Source of the DNA: Haliotis rubra
Taxonomy: Eukaryota
Direction: 5' to 3'
Length of the DNA stretch: 64,000 nucleotides
Assembly: GCF_003918875.1 (NCBI RefSeq)
Contig: NW_025766658.1
Coordinates: 1,054,001 to 1,118,000 of the forward strand
Below are positions 36,927-49,527 of the stretch, in pieces. The number at the start of each line of letters is the position of its first letter. The stretch's first letter is position 1. Made by a program: the position numbers and the translations under genes. The notes under the pieces were generated by a model, which searched no databases, was not told the DNA's origin, and was given only the letters and a program-made list of their open reading frames with translations.

Positions 36927-38438
36927 CTATTCTTTACCACTCTGGGACTCACTGTGTGCCCCATCACTCATCCGTGGTTTCATATCTGATTCCTTCTGTG
37001 ATAGAAGCTTGATTTGACCTTTCCTGACGGCTGTGATCACAGAGAGACCACTGTCGGAGGGCTGTCGCAGAGGTCGGCACTTATGTGTATGTAGGTCGCC
37101 CTGTTTTGAAAAGGTCAAACCACACTCGAAGCACTTGTACGGCGTTACAAAGATCCGTCGCCTCGACGACAACAGGGAGGACTTGTAAGAAGTGTTTTTA
37201 TTTTTTTCTGGAGAAAAGCTGAACACCTCAGTCTTCATGTTCTCAACGTCAGAGTCTTGCTTTATCACAGTATGAGACTGATAACTTGTTTCCTTACTCA
37301 CTTCCTGGACTTCTTTGCAATAGTTTGGTAAATCTACATCCATTACATCCTCATCCTGCATGGCGTTATTTGCAGCATCCTGTGAACTAAAGGGTGATAC
37401 TTCCGGTGGGTGTTTTCTCCTCGGGGTGATTGATGACGTGCCTCTGTGTGTGTGTTTAATTCTATTGGGCAACAACACAAATCGATTGATCGTCTTTTCA
37501 CGATGCCCACCAAATTTCGGATAGTATTGAGATACTGTCTGTTTCTCTAACGGTAGCGGGGAAAGAATTGGGTATGCTTCCCTTGTGCTGGTGCAAACGG
37601 GTCGGCGAAGATGAACCTTTTGGTGTCTCTCCAAGTTGCTCTTGTGGCTGGTGGCGTAGCCACATAGGTCACAGGAGAAGTCCTTCCTCCCGCTGTGGAC
37701 TGTAAGATGGCGACGGAGAAGAGCTTTTCGACAGAAGTTCCTGGAACATATTTGGCACCTATAGCCGCCGCGGTGGAAGAGTCCCACGTGGTCTCTGAGA
37801 GCAGCTTTACTATGGAACATCACACCGCAGCATTCTAGAGTCTTGGAACATTCCTGATGCATGGTAACAATGTGGCGCTTCAAATTGTTCTTTCTGTCGG
37901 TAAAGTACAAACATTGAGGACACTTGAAAGCTTTTTTGTCAGTGAAACCATCCTTATCCATCTGGGATCCATCCACGGCAGCACTATCTCCATCTTCACT
38001 GGACATGACAACCTGGGATTTTTCAGAAGATGGGGAGATGCACGACCCAGCCTCACTACTGTCAGGAGATACCACCATGTCCATCTTCATAGAGGAACCA
38101 GAGGAAGGAAGGAAGGTGGAGACGTGGAGGTCCGAGTCTCGACCCACACGGTAGTCGGGTCGCCGCAGCAGAGGTTCTGACCTACCCATCAGAGGGGAAC
38201 AGAGGAGATTGGGTGGGGACCGGGCTAGGTGGGATGGGGATCTTGTCAGGTGGGGAGGGGACCTGGTAAGGTGAGGTGGGGACCGGGCTAGGTGGGGTGG
38301 GGACCGCACGATTGGAGGTGGGGAGCGGCCGAGGAAGCCCCGATAGTTGTTTCCCTGTTCCATCATGGACACCATCATCCTGTGGTAGGCATTTGTTGGG
38401 AACGATGCTCCAAAAGGGGTGAAGTCTGGCACTATCAT
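36927..38438 (-). CDS. C2H2 zinc-finger transcription factor, 503 aa: four tandem fingers plus a distal C2HC-type finger and an N-terminal RSPPHL heptad repeat
   Basis: Longest non-repeat ORF. Fingers: FKCPQCLYFTDRKNNLKRHIVTMH, LECCGVMFHSKAALRDHVGLFH, YRCQICSRNFCRKALLRRHLTVH, linker SGRKDF, SCDLCGYATSHKSNLERHQKVH, and distal YKCFECGLTFSKQGDLHTHKC. GC content is above the flanks. A minus-strand acceptor TTTCAG lies at 38509-38514, about 70 nt upstream of the ATG. Orthology not recognised. Confidence 0.93.
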   Translation of the reverse strand: MIVPDFTPFGASFPTNAYHRMMVSMMEQGNNYRGFLGRSPPPIVRSPPHLARSPPHLTRSPPHLTRSPSHLARSPPNLLCSPLMGRSEPLLRRPDYRVGRDSDLHVSTFLPSSGSSMKMDMVVSPDSSEAGSCISPSSEKSQVVMSSEDGDSAAVDGSQMDKDGFTDKKAFKCPQCLYFTDRKNNLKRHIVTMHQECSKTLECCGVMFHSKAALRDHVGLFHRGGYRCQICSRNFCRKALLRRHLTVHSGRKDFSCDLCGYATSHKSNLERHQKVHLRRPVCTSTREAYPILSPLPLEKQTVSQYYPKFGGHREKTINRFVLLPNRIKHTHRGTSSITPRRKHPPEVSPFSSQDAANNAMQDEDVMDVDLPNYCKEVQEVSKETSYQSHTVIKQDSDVENMKTEVFSFSPEKNKNTSYKSSLLSSRRRIFVTPYKCFECGLTFSKQGDLHTHKCRPLRQPSDSGLSVITAVRKGQIKLLSQKESDMKPRMSDGAHSESQSGKE

Positions 38439-39401
38439 GACTTTGTGTAGAAGCAGCTACTCACTCTTGGAACTGCATATCTTTATAGTGGTTGACGGAT
38501 ATTGTTTTCTGAAATATAATAACAAAACCATTATGAAAAACATACAAATATTTAAAACCTTGCCATATAAGGAAGGGGAGGAAATCAAAATTAAATCCCT
38601 TGGCATTGTAGAAGTTGCTTACTACATGCGAAACGTACCATTGTGTGGCTAACAGCTGGTTTACTGCACATAGTTTAAGAATCTACATCGATACGTCGCC
38701 ATATTCAGTGAGCCAGAAGTAGTTATCCGTAAACTTGTTCGTTTTCTTTTATATCAAAGTAAACATGATGTAATAAAGATATTAGAAACTATAAAACACA
38801 ACCTTATGACATAATTAAACCGTAATTAATTGAATTTAAATGCATGGGGATATCGTTGAATTTTGATTAAATCAAACCAAAATGACACTCACCTACCAAA
38901 ATGGCAATTTCATCAGAACTATTCCTTTTTTTATTTGTCGATTGCTATTTATTAATATTTAAAAAGTTTAAATAAGTTCAGCTTTAGGTAGGAAGTACAA
39001 AAATCAAAAAAACAACTAATTACAGGAAACTGCTTAACATGTATTTTCAAAGTTCTAACCTTGAGGTAATTTGAAAAAAATATCAGTTAAAATTTCAACA
39101 ATGATTTTCCTGTTAATTGAATGCTCTCAGTATGGGATCAGCTCATTCAAATCTGTTTTGGCGGGTCCATCTGCCGCAATGCTTCACAAAACATCCCCCG
39201 TACTGACATGTGATATCATTGATCGAAACCATTGCAGGAATCAAGGTGAAGAACACAGACATATACTGCAGAACGTACAACTGTATACCCCATACATTCT
39301 TCAGTAAATGTTCTAGACCAAATCTATCCTTAAATTAGCACAAAATTCTAAATTTTGTTTAATGGAGTAACATTATAGTAAATGGTTTTTAAAGTGCTCA
39401 C

Positions 39402-39900
39402 CTTGCTGTGTTTTGATCCAGGTACCTTGGTGATCACGTTGGTTGAATGTTTCAAACTGTGATGTTGTATGTTGTAGATTCAGGCGTTGTCAGTCGTGGT
39501 TGCATATGTCGTCGGAGATTGTCTGACCCTTTCTGAGTATCGCCCTCGGAGAAATCACATTTACCATCAACCAGTGTGTACACATGTGTCACGTGATCGA
39601 GTCGCTCGACCAATGAATTTCTGTTTGCACCTGGCACAGCGATTTTATGAATGAAAATTGTAGCCGGGTACTCAATTTAGGCTTGAGAGGCCCATTCATA
39701 AGTTTGTGAATGAGAGCAGTTATCGTGAGAGCGGGTGTATCGCGGCGCGTGCTCCGCTTGGCTGCACGCGCATATGACGTATCGCACGAGACTACCTCTC
39801 CGTTCTGCTCCGTTGAGAAATACGACCAGAAGCTTATGGGCTGGGCGTTGTAAAAGTGACTGCCGTTCAGCCAACTTCATTGTCAGAATCTATTGTCCTC
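39402..39900 (-). promoter_or_regulatory. Probable promoter and non-coding first exon of the zinc-finger gene
   Basis: Minus-strand donor AG|GTGAGC at 39402/39401; a second perfect donor AG|GTGAGT at 38893/38892. CpG-rich stretch with E-boxes (CACATG, TCACGTGA), CCAAT and a CRE-like ATGACGTA. The transcription start cannot be located from sequence. Confidence 0.55.
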
Positions 39901-41199
39901 CGTCCAGATGAACACTCGTAGTTCTTCAGTGGGTGGTGTCACTCCGATATAGCGGAGAGCGCTCATCCAATTGTCACCGCCATTAAACACCTGTGTTTAA
40001 ATATTTCATTGCGCATATTGTGTGTGACCACTATGTGACAAGAGAAATAAAGAGGATGACGTTTGAGACGCGTGCACGGATTTCACCGGCGTGTCATTCG
40101 CTGTTGATCTTATGAAATATTTAGTAACATTTGTTACAATTCGCCATGTGGTTCGCCCTCACTACCGTGATGACACGTGAAAACGGTAAACCCGTGAACC
40201 ATCTGACTGTTGGATGGAGAGACGTTACCCACATGGAACAGACAGTTTATATAGACATTGTTGTCATTACTAATTCGGGATCAGTTTTGACACCTTTGTA
40301 GCAGTTTGTGTTCTATTGGCCAAGGTTGCGGTATCGATGGTAGTTGACAGTGGGTGAAGCATCTGGAAGTCCTTACAATCAGACATGTCGCTGATTGTCG
40401 TTTTATCGAAATGTTTTGAAACAGGTTTTAGATGATAAGACGCGAAATGTCAAATGTATTATTTACATATTTAGTTAAAGTGTGTCGGTGGTTACGTGGA
40501 ACAACGGTAAAACTGTGGAGACATATGGCTAGCTTGATATTAATATAGACATTTCGAACTTTGGGTTCAAAATATTCTCTATGTAGTGCTGATGGGGACA
40601 TCGACGGGCAAAAATACTATATCATTTTTTATATTAATTCAAAGAAAGTCAAATATGTGTGAAAATTGTTTACAACATGTTATTTGAATCTGAAGAAATA
40701 TGAAACTGATTCTTCCATTCACAAAAACATGCTTGATATTAAAAACTATGCTGAAAAACATTCATGAAAAGGAATTTTTAGTTTTAAAGCTTTTATCAAA
40801 ATATAATCTTGTCTTCTTGAAAACCCCGTCCCCTCGTAAGTGTTTTTCACTCATATCGTATTCGAATTTTACATTAATATCTCTACTGATAAACATTTTC
40901 ATTACGAGATTCTATATGGTTAGGGTGTGTCACTCCGATTATGAATACTTAAAAGAATAATGGACTCGCCCAACCGTCACCTGTTATCTGTTGTTATATA
41001 TACATGTTACAACTACACACAGACTAAGATTTATTCAATGCTGCTATTTACAATTCTTTTTTTATCTAATTGTTTACAACAGCCAAGATAATGTATGATG
41101 TCCGCGATAGCACTGGAAATTCCAGGTGAAAATGCATAAAGCTTTGTTTTCACATGTAAAAAAACACACGACACATTGACGGGTTGTGGCACAGTGCTG

Positions 41200-41760
41200 T
41201 TCTTGTCTGATTGCTCTCAGCACGCCAGACAATGATCACCCCGATTTTAATGCATGGTTCGGAAAGTCGTGGATATCAAAATACACACCTTACTAAAAGA
41301 GTACGTGCAAAGTTCCGCAAAATGGCAGCTGGTGTTTGTTACCCGACATCAAATTTCATGATCCATTGCATAAAAAATCTTAAACGCATTATCATATTTT
41401 GCCATAAAATTCCAACTATTAAGGAAATCCCCATTGACAAACATTTTAACCATTTGATGACTGTCACTGGACCTCATAATGCTGCCTGGATGATTTTATG
41501 TCAAAAGACTACTTAGTGATTGTTGATAACATGTTAATATGTCCGGCACAGCGCCTTGGTTCCACTGGTAGAAAAACATGTTAAACGATCAATATCTCCA
41601 CAACTGGCCCGGCTCTATTATGGAATTTTAAAAGGATTTGCACTTTAAAGAATTTAAAACACTTTTAAAAATGTAAATACCCTTCAAATATGTCCGCAAT
41701 GATAAAAAGTTTAATAACCTATTCTCTAATTTAGAACATATCGTCAACAATAACTTACCC
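41200..41760 (+). mobile_element. Highly decayed RTEX-like ORF2 fragment
   Basis: ITPILMHGSESRG...RVRAKFRK...TSNFMIH parallels the LLYGCEIWG...RVHLKF...TPHFMVY peptide at 14.7 kb. Confidence 0.6.
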
Positions 41761-42998
41761 TCAGAGCAGTACTATATGTAAGGTAGTTAGCTTATATGCT
41801 ATCTGCAAGGTAGTAATGTTTATACTGTAAGTAAGGTAGTAATATATACTTTTTGCAAGGTAGCAAATTTAATCAATTTCATAAAAATGTTTAATTCCAT
41901 GATATAGTAATCTACAGTGAAAGCGAACTCAAAGCGACCACAAAGTTCAATTAGTTATAACTGTAATTCGACTGAAATATACAAGGGAACGGGACTAAAA
42001 ATACAAAAAGTTCTTTATATCCGACAGTTCGTTACGTACGTGAATTAGAAAACAAGTTTCTGGAAAACATAAATATGTGAGATTCTATTTCTTCGTCTGT
42101 GCTATGGCAGTTTGTCTGTATTGGGTACAAAATATATAAAGCAAAGAACAGAAACCATCTCCCTGGCCCAGAACCAACCGCCCACCTCCAAATTGAAAGG
42201 TTCTGGAAATGATGAAGCATTTTCTTAAGCGTAATATAGTTTTGTGAGCTAAGATATGTAATTTCTTTTTATCTAAAAAAAAACAATAACAGATAAATAA
42301 ATTAATTAAAATTGATAAATTTATGAATATATAAATGTTCTGAAGAAATCATTGATGAATGAATATATGTTACAATCGCGGCATTCAGGGACAGCCTTGA
42401 GGTGTTGTCATTCTTCACAACACGGAAAGGTCGATGTGATCCTTCACATGCATATAGTGTTTGCATGCCTGTGTGCTCCGTCGATGTAGGGCAGGTGGAT
42501 TGCATGACGCGGTAGAAGACGAGGACCCCGCCCACTCACTCATTCACTAAAGCGCCTTATTACCCGCCCTTACGAAAACCAAACAAGACTTTCACACATC
42601 ATCAAGCTTTCGTGGAGTAAGTTACTGATTAGGTTTTTTACTTAAAACATTTACGATAGCTTATGCATTAAACAGTGTGTTTTGTCTCCACACAATAAAT
42701 TGTTTTGAAGCTGTAAAATTTTATATTTAACCGAGTCATCATTTATCGCCGTATTCTTATCACATCTAAATATTATAACCATAATTACTATTTTAACAAC
42801 CAAGATCACATGTCCTCATGTAGGTTTTCACATGTTGGAATCTGTACATATTTTGTGATATTAAAGTAAACATTTAGTTTAAGCAGTCAAACAATAATTG
42901 CGATCAAATGTAGAAAAAAGATAGCTGCACTATAGGCCCATGTTTCCATATACGCGTATACAAATTGTAATATTACTTACATTTTTCGCAATATCTTC

Positions 42999-43038
42999 AT
43001 GATGATGATGATAATAATAATGGGGATGATGATGATGG

Positions 43039-43070
<32 letters not shown>
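42999..43070. repeat. (GAT)n microsatellite
   Basis: Direct inspection. Confidence 0.95.
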
Positions 43071-45269
43071 CCATCTATGTTGCGCCATATTTCCACGCCA
43101 GACAGGGTAAGCTCAAAGCTTTAAACTACAAACAATTTGTTTCCTTACTGTGCCCAAACAAACGTGGACTGCGATCGTGTTATCATTCGGTATGAAGCAT
43201 TCTTTGAATTTATAGAAATGACATGAGTGCCAGGCAAGGGAACATCAAGTACCATCTGTAAACGCATGACGTCGTCAAGCGTGGACCAGCCGGCCAGGCG
43301 CTATAACCAATCGATCGCTGAATCGGTTGGATTCAATGCTGCAGTTTTAGTGAGCGAGCAGTTTGCGTGCGCTGGTGTTTGAGTAAAATGGAAAACAATT
43401 TATTTCTATATTTCATAAAAAACGTGTTTTTCGGTCAACAGATTATGTAAATGTATTGTGCAAGAAAAGAGTAACAAGAACGATAAAAAAGAGAGAAGGA
43501 AATAAAGAAATCAAGGCTCACCCCCTCCTCCTACACCTACCCCATTCCTCACCCTCACCCCCAACAATTATCAAATCATGTCACATTTATATTTGTTACT
43601 TATGACAATTTATAGTTTAAGTAGCCCTGAAATAGCATTGATAGTGAAGATTTATATATTTAAGGATGTCATTAATAAACAGATAACTGAATTAATTTAG
43701 AAATGTGTTTTGTACAGCTTATTACAGCTGTTGACACAAGGAGCACTAATCGGTGAACCTGTAAGATTGTCAGCGTGTAACAAAGAAGGTATGGTTTTGG
43801 AAACATCTGGCATATTTCAAGTTTTTAACTGTTTTCCACAAAACAATACCCCATTTAGACAGCAGGTATTTTAACTGTCATCTGTTCTACCAGATCCCTG
43901 ACCTATGACCTATCTTGATTTAATATTTATGCGATAACATTAAACATGCTTGTATCTGTAGAAAACAATACTTCTACTTCAAGTGACACTTCCTGGTTTC
44001 AGAAACAAGCATAGCGGAACTGTAAGACAATGTGGCTAGCAGACAGGTGGGTAAGACAGATACCTGCACTGTCCAGCGTTCCTTGGCACGTGCACTCACC
44101 TGTGTCGTGTAAGTACGATGTAGATAATGTGCCGTATTTGGAACATTAACTTGTCACCGAGATATTTGTTAATTTGTTTCCGAAAGGTCAGCGGATTGGT
44201 TTCATGGGTCAAAAGACGGCCTCTGGGGTCCGGTTGACAGAGCGTCTGGCCTGAGAGCGGAACGTCGGCGATTCGATCCCAGTCTGTCAATGCTGTAGTG
44301 GATAGAGTGCCCTAAGCGGAAGGTCTGGGTGGACTATTGCTGTAAAACCGGCGAAGTCATCTCTAATGTTTTACTTGTTAAAACTGTTTAATTCGCTAAA
44401 ATATCAAATTATATTCTCCTTTTTCTTTCACAATATTTCGATAATTTTTAAACGTTAAGAGTAATGATTTATTTGGTGTAGTGAAAAAGAAAGGGTAAGT
44501 ATCTGTCAAGTTTCTAGGCAGCAGTTCTAGTTTTCAAATTAAAAAAAAAATATGAACGCGCCAATCCTCCCACGATTGTCAAACAGTCGGCCAAAGAGAT
44601 ATTTTTTTAGACCTTCGCGCTTTCACTATATTGTGTAGGAGTCGCCTTTATCACCACGAAGCACATATTGGGGACGCTTGTGTCCTTCGGGCGCCTCTCT
44701 TTAGCTAGTTTGTGCCCAGATTCAATTTCATTTTTTTGTTTTGTTGTTAAACGCCGCACTCAGCAATATTCGATTCAATTTCAAAATGAGTGTTAAATTA
44801 CCAAGCCAAAACGTAATTATTCGCATGTAACGTAATGTAAAAAGTCTGATCTTACGACCACACTAAAGAATGTGAATGTTTTACACTTTCCTTTTTTGTT
44901 GCAATAACGTACATTTTACTCGCTTCACAGTGACATCTTCTTCAATAAATTATGGCACACGTACATTACAATAACATATTCTATAAATAATAAAAATATA
45001 AACGATATTAAAATATTACAGTTTCCATTCATATGCTTAATGCATACCAGTAAATAAGTCATCGTAAATAATGAGTCATCGTACCCTGACGACATGGATC
45101 AGTGCTCATAACATCAACCACTGGATTGTCTAGTCAAAGCTTGGCTAGATGTCACCGTCCAATAGCTGAAATACTGGGTACAGGGTTAAACGACGAACTC
45201 ATCCATTCCAACAATGAGATAATACAAACACTCACTTCAGTAAATGCTTACATTTCTCAATATCTTAAA

Positions 45270-45570
45270 GACCGCCTCCGTGGTGTAGTGGTTAAAGCGT
45301 CCGCCCGGAGAGCGGAAGGTCGCGGGTTCGATACCAACGATACCAAAAGACGTTAACATATGGTACTTGTTGATCCCTGCTTGGCGCTCGGCATTAATGG
45401 GTACAACAAGGTGTCTGAGTGGGGTATCTCAGTGGGCTAGCACTATAAAACCAGCTTCAGTCTGGGCTAGTACAAGCAGCCGCACATACACATACACACG
45501 CATGCACGTCATCATATGAGCGAAATATTCTCAAGCACGACGTTAAACCCAATTTCACCTCACCTCACCT
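45270..45570 (+). mobile_element. Family C SINE (tRNA head, Meta-type core, (CACCT)n tail) with internal deletions
   Basis: A/B boxes, then ACCAAAAGACGTTAA..ATGGTACTTGTTG..CCCTGCTTGGCGCTCGGCATTAA, which resembles the Meta domain of MetaSINEs as remembered. 13-bp TSD CTCAATATCTTAA. Confidence 0.88.
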
Positions 45571-46351
45571 CAATATCTTAATGCACGTAATCTGACAGAC
45601 AAAAGAAGCTGCACACTTGAAACCTGCAGCTGGATTGACCAAGTTACTAACGATTCTAAAACATTACTGACACTGGAAATTCGCGGTCCGAAGATCTAAT
45701 AATCTTTTCTTCTTAAATCGGACACATACAAAAATAGTTTTTATTTAATTTTGGGGCCAGTGATTGGTTTTATATGCGATTGTAATAATCTTATCTTCAA
45801 CATGTGTTTGTTTGTTCTATACAGCCGCATTCGCTACTTGGACACCAGCTGTATTAGCTGTCTGCAAATAATCGACTCTGGACGGAGACAACCCAGCGCA
45901 TGCTATTACGACCAACGAGCGGGTCAGAGAAACGCCATCAGCAAAGTAACCCAGCCTGACCACCCGATCAGGTTGCTGGGTGACCATTTGAAACCCGGAA
46001 GTCCGCTTACAACCAGATATGTATTACCACCACCAATATAATGTAATCGATACAGATCATTATGTTTTTGTATGATTCCAAAAATCATTTTTTGAAAATT
46101 AATTATTTTATTTCCGAGTCTTTATTTGTTACATACAAACCAGACACCCGGGTCAGCACTTGGCCCAAATCAACTTTAGAAGACACAAGTAAGATTATAC
46201 CTGAGTTCAAAAACCTATTGTTATGCATATTAATTCTGTTAGTGAGGTTCATATTAGATGTATGATATTACGGACTCCGATATCTTTTATAATCTAACAC
46301 AGACATAGACTCATTCACGCACATACTCACTCGCATTCTGCAATAAACCTT

Positions 46352-46683
46352 AAAAAGGTTTATCATCCAAAACTGTGTTCCACAGGAGATATCGCTTGTG
46401 TAAGATCAAACGATATCTCCTAGGAGAGAGTAGATTTTGTACAATGCCCTGACAATGCTATGACGTCATGTACTTGATGACGACACAATGCTATGACATC
46501 GCTGCACTGCAAGTCTATTGGCAGTACCGTGTTCAGAGATGTACATTTTTCATTGAAAATTAATCAAGAGTGATTTTGGATGATAAATAGAATCTCACAC
46601 TCGTATCTTCTGATATCAAATATATCAACAGTCGTTGATATAATTGATATCAGAAGACACTTGGGTGAGATTCTCTATTTATA
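46352..46683. mobile_element. Foldback non-autonomous element, Crypton-like architecture
   Basis: TTTATCATCCAAAA / TTTTGGATGATAAA inverted pair, then a ~100-nt hairpin ATAAATAGAATCTCAC...TCTTCTGATATCAA..TATCAAC agtc GTTGATA..TTGATATCAGAAGA...GTGAGATTCT..ATTTAT. The family name is inference. Confidence 0.55.
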
Positions 46684-49527
46684 TAGACAATTTAAGGAAT
46701 CAAGAATTGCTTACTCATTAAGTCAAGATCACGGAGCTTCAGAAATCGACATACCTACATTAGCGAGTTCATGGTGCAACATACATTTGGTATAGGACTT
46801 AGCTTGTTGGCTTTTTCTATCAGGAATTCTTTTCCAATGATATACCTGTCGTGGTTATTATGTTTAAAGTGATCAAAATTTCAAAACTTTACTATAATAG
46901 ATAAAGATTTAGCTAAAAGCAACTGTAGATCAAACACATCGCCAGTATACAATGTATATATTTTCCTTCTGACCAAACAGAATAAGTTGAAGGTTAAATT
47001 TTAAATTATGGATATGTGAGCACTTTTCATAAAGAAGGCGTAATCGTGATTGCCAGAAGCAACATAAATTAGTTTCATTTGATTTTTTGTATGAAGAATT
47101 CAAACTCAAAATTTTGTATGTGCAATTTCATCTTGATGAGAATTGTGTTACTGTGAAGCGAGGTGAAGTAAGTTGACCCTAATGGGGTACATAACGTGCG
47201 GGCTGTACATTGTTTAAATAGCCGGCAGATGTATTTCGTGCTAATTGTTAGTATCTAATAGAGACAAAATTTAAAGAAGAGTTTTTCACTTTTGAAAGAA
47301 TTTTTAAATTGTATTTCTATGACTGCGTGACGTGCAAAAGAAGTGTTACTATCAGAAACATAGTCATAATAACGTCATGACGTCAAAACTACTGTGACGT
47401 CAGACACACGGAACTGTAAAATCTGTATAATACAAACAAAATGATTACATCGCGTCACGACAACAATTAGATGGAGCATGTGAGAACTCATTATTACACA
47501 ACATAACCCGCTTAATATGAATCGCATAAATTATACACAACAAATTGATACACCAGTCTCTTTTAAACTAACATGGCCAAGCATACAACAGGCGACGTTG
47601 TCGTATCATAATTTCAATACCGATTTTCTGTCAAACACAAGCACGGTGGTAACACTTAACTCAATTTGTTTTGGCATATGGTGACAGCTAACATGTCAAC
47701 TAAACCCGCAGACCTCAGGGTGGAACTCCTTTCTCGTTATCAATGTCAGTTTCGACAGAAGTTTTTTATTTGTTCGACTAAATGTTATCAATGGCTTGTA
47801 TTTTAGCGAACGAGTGCGATATTAAACCTGACTGGCATGTACGTGCTATATTCAAAGGAATAAATCCGCGAAGAGAAAGGCTGAGTGGTTTCCTTAGAGC
47901 CTCGCTCGTATTTTGCTCTCCAAAGTGTCAACAAATATTTTATTTCTCGGTCGTTTCCTCGTGGGTTGGAGTTTTCGTCTAAATCATATAAAAGTTGGGT
48001 CCGAAACGGAAGCGAACACGAGCAATTACAGTGTTGTACACGACGGGAACATATGTTTAAACAGCGCTATGGGATTTGAACACTGAGCCAGGAGCTTTCA
48101 TCTGCAGCCAATGTATCAAACAGACAAATTGTTACAAAGACATCTTCAATGGGCGTGCGTGACGACTCCGTGTTTTGCCGTTCCTGCTTTTTGATCGTCG
48201 CTATGATGAGAACAGGTGAAATCAGCTATCTTTGTTCTCAATTAATTTCAAGACATGTTGACTCAGAGTGTTGTCAACACAATAACAAGCACGCAGCAGA
48301 ACAGCTCCCCTTGGAACGTGCCTCGCTTGCGTTTGACGCGTGCGAACGAGTGTTAATTGGCGAGCGAGGTATAGATTACCCATATGGGGATTGAAAGGAT
48401 TAACAAACAAGATGGCCGCTGTAGGAGTTATGGAGACGAAGCGCCATCTATATTGTTCCTGGCTAGCGACAGTACACCTACTCTCATCAAGTGCTTTTCT
48501 TGTTGCCAACTTTGCTGACAGCCTTTGATGTTTGGCGAGGCTGCGAGATGGAATATTGACATTGCGATTTATATGCATACATTATCTGTATCAGTTTGGA
48601 ATATGGTCTGTTTGCTTAAATGGCTGAGCTGTCGATCAATGATGACTTTGAATACACACATGTCGTGCTAGCAACTGCTCTGGGCAGATAAATTCTCTTT
48701 AAACCAATAGTAATGACAAAAAATGATTGTTGAATGAAAAGGAAAAAATGGCACATAAACTAAGTATTCTTTATTATTGGGAACGTACCGTGTAATGCAG
48801 ATAAAATGTATTGAATTCTGTATGGCAGCCTTGAGGTATTATGTTTAATTCTAACTTCATTACAAAAGAAAACAAGTGGCTAGTCGGATCTTTGTGGGAG
48901 ACAAGTATGGTTTCGATTCTAAAATTCGAAAGTTATGAGGTAAATAGGACGCAATATATTACTTAGAGTGCAGATTCTTTGAGCTGATTTGACCTTAGGT
49001 ACCACAGCGGGGTTGAAAATCCCTGGTGTGGCCAGAAAAAAAAGTTAATAATGAAAACAAGTCATTGAACCTCAGATCACAATCGAGTAAGTGATCCCGA
49101 TCGATTGACTGAGTGAACGAGTAACTGAGTGAGTAATTGAGTGAGTGAGTGAGGTGGGTTTGAGCGGTTTTCCAGGTCAGTATGGGAGGAAACCCCCAAA
49201 TGGTGCATGTCTCAAACGTTTACCTCTTTGGTGAAATCAACATGCACGGATATGATGTTGACAAGCCGAGACACAAAATCGAGGTGAAAAGGGGGATTCG
49301 TTTCCACGGTCATAGGTTTCTGGTGTACTAAAGGGACGCAACTCTGTGCAGAGAATCCAGGCGACATTTTCGACTTGGCCACTCATATCTCAAGAAAAGT
49401 ATATACTTGTAAAATGGATTTGACAGAAAAAACTCTACGAACAATACCATATACTATGCTTCCATGTTGTGGGATACTCCTTGATATGAACATGTAATTT
49501 TCATATGTACGTTATTCCCGTGTAATT

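Noticed and set aside
37857-38180. Plus-strand ORFs overlapping the zinc-finger gene
   Set aside because: Antisense shadows of a GC-rich coding exon.
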